64,000 nucleotides of DNA, from NCBI GenBank assembly GCA_016432325.1, contig CP066684.1, forward strand, positions 64,001-128,000, written 5' to 3'. Made by a program: the position numbers and the translations under genes. The notes below the pieces were generated by a model. It was not told the DNA's origin and did not search any database. It saw only the letters and a list, made by a program, of their open reading frames with translations. This document shows, piece after piece, positions 57,494 through 64,000 of this stretch. Position 1 is the first letter of the stretch. Each line of letters starts with the position of its first letter. This DNA is from Candidatus Aenigmatarchaeota archaeon. GTDB taxonomy: Archaea > Aenigmatarchaeota > Aenigmatarchaeia > PWEA01 > JACQIF01.

Positions 57494-58264
57494 ATGAGCG
57501 AAGAACACAAGAAGATTATTGTTGGAGACAGAAGGCCCGACGGCCGCGCACTCGACGAGATGAGACCCATAACAGCCAAGGCGGGCGTGATTTCGCGCGC
57601 CAACGGCTCCGCGCATTTCGCCATGGGCAGTACCGTCGCAATCGCCGCGGCATACGGCCCGCGCGAGCTGCACCCCAAACACCTGCAGGACCCGGTCCGT
57701 GCGTATCTCAAGTACGTCTACGCCATGGCGCCGTTCTCCACGCAAGATCGCGTAAAGCCCGGCCCGTCAAGACGCTCGACTGAGATAAGCGAAGTCTCTC
57801 GACAGGCGTTCAACTCCGTGATATTCCTGGAGGAGTTCCCCAAGGCAGGGATTGAAGTCTTCGTCGAGATACTGCAGGCCAACGCCTCGACGCGATGCGC
57901 AGGAATAAACGCCGCGTCAATCGCGCTCGCCGACGCAGGCGTGCCGATGACCGATCTCGTATCCTCCTGCGCCGCAGGCAAGGTCGACGGAAAGATAATC
58001 CTGGACGTCGCGGGAGAGGAAGACACGGAAGGAGAAGTGGACATGCCGATAGCGTACATACCCCGCAAGGACGAGATCGCGCTGCTCCAGATGGACGGCC
58101 TGCTGACTCTCGACGAGTTTAAGGAGGCGCTTGAACTGGCGAAGAAAGGCTGCATGCAGATACACGAAAAGCAGGTGGCCGCGCTGAAGGAGCGCTACGT
58201 GCGCGTCGCCTCTGAGATAGCGAAGAAGGGGCCTGTGCGCGAGAGCGCAGAAGAGGTGGCTTAA
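57494..58264 (+). CDS. rrp41: exosome exonuclease Rrp41
   Basis: RPDGR, YGPRE, PSRRSTEIS. Confidence 0.96.
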   Translation: MSEEHKKIIVGDRRPDGRALDEMRPITAKAGVISRANGSAHFAMGSTVAIAAAYGPRELHPKHLQDPVRAYLKYVYAMAPFSTQDRVKPGPSRRSTEISEVSRQAFNSVIFLEEFPKAGIEVFVEILQANASTRCAGINAASIALADAGVPMTDLVSSCAAGKVDGKIILDVAGEEDTEGEVDMPIAYIPRKDEIALLQMDGLLTLDEFKEALELAKKGCMQIHEKQVAALKERYVRVASEIAKKGPVRESAEEVA

Positions 58265-58320
58265 ATGATAACCAAAATCTTGAAACTCTGTTTCAAATTT
58301 TCGTACCAGAGGTGGATGAT
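58265..58320 (+). repeat. gene-start hairpin element before rrp42
   Basis: ATGATAAC(C/G)AAAATC duplicated (14/15); TTGAAAC-TCT-GTTTCAA. Confidence 0.88.
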
Positions 58321-59109
58321 ATGATAACGAAAATCGACAAGGAATTCATAAAAACGCTCGCCCGCGAAGGCAAGCGCGAAGACGGCCGCGCGTTCGACCA
58401 GTTCCGCGACCTGAAAATCGAGACGGGCTTCGCCAAGAACGCAGAAGGCTCGGCGCTCGTGACTCTCGGAGAAACGCGCGTGCTCGCAGGCGTGAAGCTT
58501 TCGGTCGGAACGCCGTTCGCCGACACGGCGAACGAGGGCGTGCTGATGGTGAACGCAGAGCTTGGCCCGAAGGCTTCGCCTGAATTCGAGACAGGCCCTC
58601 CGAAAGAAGGAGCCATCGAACTGGCCCGCGTCATAGACCGCGGCATCCGCGAATCGAAGTGCATCGATCTGGAAGCGCTTTGCATCACGCCGAAGGAAAA
58701 GGTCTGGATGGTGTCGGTGGATATAGACCCGATAAACGACGGCGGGAACATACTGGACGCCGCAGGCATAGCCGCGATTGCCGCACTGCACGACGTCAAG
58801 ATACCGAAACTCGACGAGGATGTAAGACCAATATTCGGCACGAACTCGGGAAAGCTCAAGCTGCGTCACATACCGATACCCGTCACGACATTCAAGGTCA
58901 ACGGGGCGCTCGTGATGGACCCTGACTTCGAGGAAGAAGCGTCTGCCGAGGCGCGTCTGACCGTGACGAGCGTCGAGGGTTTCCTCTGCGCGATGCAGAA
59001 GGGCGGCGAGAGCAACTTCAAGACAGAAGAGGTAGTGCGTGCCGCAGAGACGGCGTACGCCAAGGCGACGGAACTGCGTGAAGTCGTAAAACAGGCCGTC
59101 GGCCTTTGA
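58321..59109 (+). CDS. rrp42: exosome subunit Rrp42
   Basis: REDGR, AEGSALV, ELARVIDRGIRES. Confidence 0.96.
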   Translation: MITKIDKEFIKTLAREGKREDGRAFDQFRDLKIETGFAKNAEGSALVTLGETRVLAGVKLSVGTPFADTANEGVLMVNAELGPKASPEFETGPPKEGAIELARVIDRGIRESKCIDLEALCITPKEKVWMVSVDIDPINDGGNILDAAGIAAIAALHDVKIPKLDEDVRPIFGTNSGKLKLRHIPIPVTTFKVNGALVMDPDFEEEASAEARLTVTSVEGFLCAMQKGGESNFKTEEVVRAAETAYAKATELREVVKQAVGL

Positions 59110-59179
59110 CGTTTTACACTTCCCGCAGGAAGCTGTATATGCTTAAATAGCCTACATTGAAACAGAATCACGTGATGAT

Positions 59180-59434
59180 ATGCCGGCCAAGAAGATAGGC
59201 TCTGCAGGACGCTTCGGTTCGCGCTACGGACGCAAACTGCGCAAGGACGTCTCTGATATTGAGGCCGTTCAGCGCGCTTTCCACGAATGTTCGTCGTGCC
59301 GCAAGGTCGCGGTCAAGCGCGTTGCGTTCGGAATCTGGCAGTGCCGCTCGTGCAATCGCAAGTTCGCCGGAGGCGCGTTCAAGCCTCAGGCCCATCCTTT
59401 CAAAGAGACGATACAGAAAGCGGCGGGTGCGTAA
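59180..59434 (+). CDS. rpl37ae: 50S ribosomal protein eL43 (L37ae)
   Basis: GRFGSRYG, CxxC...GIWQCxxC, FAGGAF. Confidence 0.96.
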   Translation: MPAKKIGSAGRFGSRYGRKLRKDVSDIEAVQRAFHECSSCRKVAVKRVAFGIWQCRSCNRKFAGGAFKPQAHPFKETIQKAAGA

Positions 59435-59435
59435 T

Positions 59436-59576
59436 ATGCCTTACAAATGCCTTTCGTGCAGGAAAGAAATATCGACAGAAGACGTGAAGAAGCGCGTGCG
59501 CTGCCCGTACTGCGGCTACAGGATTCTCGTCAAGACGCGCGCGGCCGTGAAAACAGTGCACCTCAAGACTGGTTAG
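59436..59576 (+). CDS. rpoP: RNA polymerase subunit Rpo12 (P)
   Basis: YKCLSC...RCPYCGYRILVK. Confidence 0.93.
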   Translation: MPYKCLSCRKEISTEDVKKRVRCPYCGYRILVKTRAAVKTVHLKTG

Positions 59577-60066
59577 CCTTCACGGTCAGCACCGCTTTCA
59601 AAACGCCTGACGACGGCCAATACGATTTTACTTCGAAGTCCGTGTCCATCTCGAATTCCGGAGAAGTCCACTCGCTCTGAGGCGGAACCTTCGGAGAATT
59701 GAACTTTGCGCTTTTGAAGTCCAGACCGCCATAATAAACGTCTTCGGTCGTCTTGAACTTTATTTTTGCCTTCGTCTGTGCTATCGTGATGCTCGAGATG
59801 CGCGTGCCGTCCTCCCTGTAGAAGCCGTTGTCGTCTGCGAGGACCGTGTACGTCACGGTCTCGGGAGGCTGTTGCTCCTGTTGGGTCCGATTCTGTTCCA
59901 CCAGAGGTTCCTGCGGCGTTGTGTTCTGCTGCGCGGTTTCGTTGGCCATTTCCTGCTGTTCTATCTCTCCAGCGGCGTCTTGCCGAGCCTCTTCGCTCGG
60001 CGTCTGGTAGCCGCCTGTGCAGCCTGCCACGAGAACCAGAAGTGCAATAAAGGCGAGCTTGTTCAT
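59563..60066 (-). CDS. putative lipoprotein
   Basis: MNKLAFIALLVLVAG|C lipobox, Gln-rich linker. Confidence 0.75.
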   Translation of the reverse strand: MNKLAFIALLVLVAGCTGGYQTPSEEARQDAAGEIEQQEMANETAQQNTTPQEPLVEQNRTQQEQQPPETVTYTVLADDNGFYREDGTRISSITIAQTKAKIKFKTTEDVYYGGLDFKSAKFNSPKVPPQSEWTSPEFEMDTDFEVKSYWPSSGVLKAVLTVKANQS

Positions 60067-60114
60067 ACGCCACGTTGGCAAGCCCTATATAAAAAACCCG
60101 CGCGTACCAAACGC

Positions 60115-60333
60115 ATGCGCGCGACACTTGAGATAAAGACGAAGCATCCGAAGGCCGTTCTGGAAGCGATAGCCGTGGACGAAGAGACGTCGAAGCGCGT
60201 TCGCATCAGGCCAGGCGCGAAGGACGGCGTGTTGCGCGTTGTCATAGAGGCCGACGACTTCTCTGCGTTGCGCGCCGGCGTGACGACTTACATGCGTTTG
60301 GCCAAGGCAGCGCTTGCGGGTCTGGGCGAGTGA
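60115..60333 (+). CDS. pcc1: KEOPS complex subunit Pcc1
   Basis: IEADDFSALRAGVTTYMRL; position between rpoP and prefoldin. Confidence 0.85.
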   Translation: MRATLEIKTKHPKAVLEAIAVDEETSKRVRIRPGAKDGVLRVVIEADDFSALRAGVTTYMRLAKAALAGLGE

Positions 60334-60373
60334 TTTCCCGAACGTATAAATAGCTGCATATTCGTTTCGTTTT

Positions 60374-60443
60374 ATGCCAGAAATTTCCGAAACAAGTTTC
60401 GTCATTCCAGCCATGGGAGGTTTGAGACATGCCTGAAATTCCC
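60374..60443 (+). repeat. gene-start element at pfdB, 67/70 identical to 55131-55200
   Basis: direct sequence comparison. Confidence 0.92.
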
Positions 60444-60794
60444 CAGCAAGCGCAGCAGATGATAATGCAACTGCAGGCCGCGCAGCAGCAGTTGCAGGCG
60501 TTCGCCATGCAGAGGCAGTCGCTCACCATGCAGAAGCACGAGATTGAAAAGGCGACAGAAGAACTCACGAGCGCGAACGACAAGGAAGACGTCTACAAGC
60601 TATCCGGTCCCATAATGGTCCGTTCGACAAAATCAAAACTTCTGGACGAACTCAAGGAGCGCATAGCAAAGATAGATTCCGGAATCAAGCGGCTTGAAGA
60701 CCACGAGAAGAAGATAGCCGAAAAGGCGCAGGAGAACCAGACCAAGCTCGAAAAGATGTTTGCCCCGCCTGAAACCAAGGGACAGGCCGGTTAG
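60429..60794 (+). CDS. pfdB: prefoldin beta subunit
   Basis: coiled coils flanking VYKLSGPIMV. Confidence 0.93.
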   Translation: MPEIPQQAQQMIMQLQAAQQQLQAFAMQRQSLTMQKHEIEKATEELTSANDKEDVYKLSGPIMVRSTKSKLLDELKERIAKIDSGIKRLEDHEKKIAEKAQENQTKLEKMFAPPETKGQAG

Positions 60795-60835
60795 GCGCCC
60801 GATTTGTTTATTAATAAACCCGGACCATTCTAACC

Positions 60836-61177
60836 ATGGCTCTCGTGCTGGACCCGCTGACGCTGGGCGACACTCTCTCGGCGATAATACTGATAATCGC
60901 GGCCGTCATAAACTGGAAAGTATTCCACATGTACTACAAGTCTGCGGTAAAGCCGAAGGGCAGGTACTTCCTGACCCTCGGGCTTCTGCTGTTTGCCATA
61001 CTCAACCAGGGCGTCGCAGTCATACTGGTTTACAGCGGACTCGTCACCATAGAACTGACAAACACGAACCAGGCCGCTTACATAGTCTTCGTGCTGCTCA
61101 AGTCGGTGGGACCGATAGTGATATTTTACGCGAGCCTCCTGATGTATCAGGAAGCGAAGAGGCTTATCGTGGTCTAG
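60836..61177 (+). CDS. small membrane protein
   Basis: 3 hydrophobic segments. Confidence 0.65.
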   Translation: MALVLDPLTLGDTLSAIILIIAAVINWKVFHMYYKSAVKPKGRYFLTLGLLLFAILNQGVAVILVYSGLVTIELTNTNQAAYIVFVLLKSVGPIVIFYASLLMYQEAKRLIVV

Positions 61178-61545
61178 CCGCTCAGCAGCGCATAGTATTT
61201 CTCGACGGCACGACGGTCTATCTTCTTGTCGAAGAACGCGTGCGGCCGCGTCGCTCCGGAAAAAGTCTTGGGGATGTGGAGAAGTTCGTGTATCAGCGTC
61301 TTTGTCTGTTCCTCGAAGGACTGCTTGTCGAAATGTTCTGACAGCACTTCGATCACGTAGTGCGGACGCACGGCAAGCGCCTTCTGCCACACGCGCGGCA
61401 AAGACCATATCCGCGCGTACGCGCGCGCTTTCGAGCCGTGCGAACGGAAGCACTTGATGCGGAAGGGGTCCACGTGCTTCAGGTCGAGACGGTTCACAAG
61501 AGTATGCACGCGCGCTTCTATGTCCTCTGCTTTTTCGAATCTCAC
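61174..61545 (-). CDS. putative metallopeptidase
   Basis: HELLH motif, YARIW, YVIEV. Confidence 0.82.
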   Translation of the reverse strand: MRFEKAEDIEARVHTLVNRLDLKHVDPFRIKCFRSHGSKARAYARIWSLPRVWQKALAVRPHYVIEVLSEHFDKQSFEEQTKTLIHELLHIPKTFSGATRPHAFFDKKIDRRAVEKYYALLSG

Positions 61546-62138
61546 AGTATCTCCTCCGCTATTTCGAGCAGCCCGCGCAGGCTGTCTATGGCGTAGTCGG
61601 CCTTGTATTCGTTCTTCTCGGGTTCGACGAGATGGAACACCGTTGTCATTCCAAGGTCTTTCGCGGTTTCAAGATTCTCCTGCCTGTCGTCCACGAAAAC
61701 GCATTCGCTGGCGTTGACGCCTAGGGCCGCGCATGCCTTTCTGTAAATCGCAGCGTCCGGTTTCGCGCTCTTCACCTCCTCGCTGATTACCACGGCTTCG
61801 AACGCGTCCGCAATGCCGAAGCGCTTCAGCAGGGAGCGCAGGAGGAACGCGTCCGCGTTGGAGACGATGGCTATCGCATAGTTCTTCTTCAGCTCTTCAT
61901 GGACTGCTTTGAAGTCCGCGTCGAGTTTGAAGGTTTCGATGAGTCTCTGTTCGATACGCGCGTGGTCTTTGACGCCCATCTTTTTCCAGAACGCCTCGCG
62001 CGTGAGCTCGCCGCGCTCGTACGACTGGTAAATGGGCCTCACGCCGGCCATGTCCTTCTTCAGGAAAGCCGCGATCGTGTTTGTTATGTAGCGGGGCTGC
62101 GCTATCACTCCGAAGAAGTCCAGCAGGATCGCTTGCAT
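61542..62138 (-). CDS. HAD-superfamily hydrolase
   Basis: LLDFFGV, SNAD, KPDAAIY, FVDDRQEN. Confidence 0.9.
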   Translation of the reverse strand: MQAILLDFFGVIAQPRYITNTIAAFLKKDMAGVRPIYQSYERGELTREAFWKKMGVKDHARIEQRLIETFKLDADFKAVHEELKKNYAIAIVSNADAFLLRSLLKRFGIADAFEAVVISEEVKSAKPDAAIYRKACAALGVNASECVFVDDRQENLETAKDLGMTTVFHLVEPEKNEYKADYAIDSLRGLLEIAEEIL

Positions 62139-62170
62139 ACGCGTGTTTCCGCGCGCGAGGATAAATCCGT

Positions 62171-63178
62171 TTAGTCGTGCACGAGAGGCGCAATCTTGCG
62201 CGGTTCAAAGCCGTTGCCGTTGGTGGTGTCCTTGTGTCTAATTTCCACCCACCCCGCGACGCGCTCGGCAATAGCATCTGGAGTGAAGCCGGCCTTGCGG
62301 TACAGGTCTTTCGGCGAGCCGGTCTCCCCCTTCTCGGCCCCTATTCTGCGCATGTGGGTCGGATACCTCTCCGAAAGCACGTCAGATACACTGCTCCCCA
62401 GCCCGCCGTCTATGCTGTGGTCTTCTGCTGTTACGACAAGACCGGTCTTCCTTGCATACTGTTCGATAAGCAAAGAGTCTATCGGTTTTATGGACGAGAT
62501 GTTTATCACCGCCGCACTCACGCCAGATCCCTCCAGCAGTGCTGCGGCTCCCAGCGACGGTTCTATCAGCGCCCCATAGCTCATTATCGCTACGTCGTCG
62601 CCGTCGCGAAGCACCTCGCCCTTTCCTATAGACCATTCCCAGTTGTCGTCGTGCAACGTCAATACTTCTGCGCGGGTCATGCTCATCGTCGCGGGTCCCG
62701 CGTATTTCGGGTCTTTTACGTTTGCGAGTTTGACTGTCATCTGTTTCGCTTCAACCCAGTCCGCCGGGCATAACACGGTGTCCGAGATCGCCTTGTTGTA
62801 TGATAGATAGTTGAGAACCTGGTTGCTCACGCCGTCTTGTCCGACCTGCAAGCCGACATGGCTGCCTACCTTGCAGACGTTGAGCTTCGCGCGCCTGACT
62901 ATCTGTTCGAACGGTTCGGCGGCGAGTTTGGAGAATCCCTCGAAGGTGGCGTAATAGACGCGTTCGCCTGTACGATGCGCCGCACCAGCCGCCATTGTGA
63001 CGCTGTCCTGTTCCGCTATGCCCGCATCAACGATGCGCCGCGGGTACTGTGCAGCGAAGTCCGCGAGGGACATGGAATTGCCAAGGTCCGATACGTAAAC
63101 GCGGATATTGTGCGTCTTGGCCGCTTCCACAGCGCCCCGACCGAGGCCGCTTCTCATCGATTCGTGCTGGCCCTTCAT
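62171..63178 (-). CDS. transketolase C-terminal (pyrimidine-binding/C) subunit
   Basis: GIAEQ, GQDGVSNQ, SIKPID, AEDHSIDGGLG. Confidence 0.93.
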   Translation of the reverse strand: MKGQHESMRSGLGRGAVEAAKTHNIRVYVSDLGNSMSLADFAAQYPRRIVDAGIAEQDSVTMAAGAAHRTGERVYYATFEGFSKLAAEPFEQIVRRAKLNVCKVGSHVGLQVGQDGVSNQVLNYLSYNKAISDTVLCPADWVEAKQMTVKLANVKDPKYAGPATMSMTRAEVLTLHDDNWEWSIGKGEVLRDGDDVAIMSYGALIEPSLGAAALLEGSGVSAAVINISSIKPIDSLLIEQYARKTGLVVTAEDHSIDGGLGSSVSDVLSERYPTHMRRIGAEKGETGSPKDLYRKAGFTPDAIAERVAGWVEIRHKDTTNGNGFEPRKIAPLVHD

Positions 63179-63372
63179 GCGCGACTCCCTCCTTCTCCGC
63201 GCTGCACGGGAACCGCAGTCCCCGGCATTTTCGAACAGCGGTTCGAAACTTTACGAATAGCTATTCGTAAACTTGCGACCGCGTCGCAAGAGTTCGACCG
63301 AAGGCCGAACATGTCGGGAAGCTCCACTTCCCGTACAGGGAAGGATGAAACCGCGTGTTTCGTGCCCTTCAT
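63179..63372 (-). repeat. 194-bp multibranch element between the transketolase subunit genes
   Basis: ATGAAGGGC 9-bp direct repeat; seven hairpins; shares modules with the 39658 element. Confidence 0.9.
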
Positions 63373-64000
63373 AGTATCCCCTTGTTGACAAGCCGCCTGC
63401 GGAACTTCTCCTTACCGATATTGGTTTCTATCATGGCCTCTTCCATCTCCCTGTCGTCCAGACAGCGGCCGTGATATTTCGCGCCGCCCTTCTGCATGAA
63501 TCTGACGCCGCTTCCTTTGATCGTATTGGCGACTATTGCTTTCGGTCCTTTCTCGCGCACCCACGCCCAATCCAGCGCGTGCTTTATCTCGCCGTAGTTA
63601 TGGCCGTTTATCTGCATAGTCCTCCAGCCGAATGAGTCGAGTTTCATGTCCAACGGCTCCATATCCTTCGTGCGCCGCGTGAAGTCATCGTTCTGCGCTC
63701 CGTTCTTGTCTACCCATAGAATCGTTTCGAGCTTGTAGTGCGCGGCTGTCGCGACGGCTTCCCACACCTGTCCCTCATTCATCTCGCCATCTCCGACGAT
63801 TGCGATGACGTGCGGTCTCTTCATGGGATTTTTGATTTCGTCGCGCAGAGTGTGCTCAATGCCGTTCGCGAACGAAAGACCCTTGCCCAGACTGCCCGAC
63901 GGGAACTCGACTCCGGGCGTGGTCGTGTCGGCGTGGCCCGGCAATCCCCCGAGGGTGCGGAATGTAGGAAGAGAGCCATAGGGAATGTATCCCTGATGCG
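63369..64000 (-). CDS. transketolase N-terminal (TPP-binding) subunit, 5' partial
   Basis: LPGH, SGSLGKG, GDGEMNEGQVWEA, TIKG; frame stays open to the window end. Confidence 0.93.
   Translation of the reverse strand, partial: HQGYIPYGSLPTFRTLGGLPGHADTTTPGVEFPSGSLGKGLSFANGIEHTLRDEIKNPMKRPHVIAIVGDGEMNEGQVWEAVATAAHYKLETILWVDKNGAQNDDFTRRTKDMEPLDMKLDSFGWRTMQINGHNYGEIKHALDWAWVREKGPKAIVANTIKGSGVRFMQKGGAKYHGRCLDDREMEEAMIETNIGKEKFRRRLVNKGIL

Noticed and set aside
39658-63372. CRISPR array or tRNA genes as an explanation for the palindromes
   Set aside because: No regularly spaced repeat-spacer units, no cas genes, and no tRNA cloverleaf with appropriate D/anticodon/acceptor arms.
63175-63372. 65-aa ORF as a genuine protein-coding gene
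   Set aside because: It consists almost entirely of hairpin modules shared with a non-homologous uORF, so it is treated as element-derived.
359-63388. Many long antisense or alternate-frame ORFs in the track (e.g. 9590-10852, 23552-25195, 42089-43354)
   Set aside because: They are shadows of well-supported genes in GC-rich DNA and have no recognisable motifs.

Overview
Archaeal chromosome segment, moderately GC-rich, most consistent with a DPANN lineage (Aenigmarchaeota-like is an inference, not established). It contains, in order: the S10/spc ribosomal-protein superoperon (uL2 to uL15, secY, DUF106, cbf5); proteasome beta and aCPSF1; sepF; proS; a dispersed mre11-rad50/herA/nurA cluster interleaved with three metallophosphoesterases, TrmB, a minimal nucleotidyltransferase and vapBC; metG; a ~17 kb type IV pilus-like locus (secretion ATPase, TadC/ArlJ-like platform protein, about 15 pilin-like proteins, LamG and C-type-lectin adhesins); the proteasome-alpha/exosome superoperon; and a split transketolase. 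No tRNA, rRNA, CRISPR array or transposase was recognised. The main unexplained signal is a dispersed family of about 15 short (roughly 45-195 bp) modular hairpin elements built from TGAAAC/GTTTCA, TTCGAAC/GTTCGAA and GTTCGGCC/GGCCGAAC stems. Most sit exactly at the start of housekeeping genes. They duplicate the first few codons, form a short upstream ORF ending at or near the new start, and supply a fresh Shine-Dalgarno (SD), often with an anti-SD. Two copies are inserted in frame inside proteins (uL5 and a phosphoesterase). Also notable: the SUI1/aIF1 gene appears to start at ATA, and uS3 and uL24 carry C-terminal C2H2 zinc fingers.
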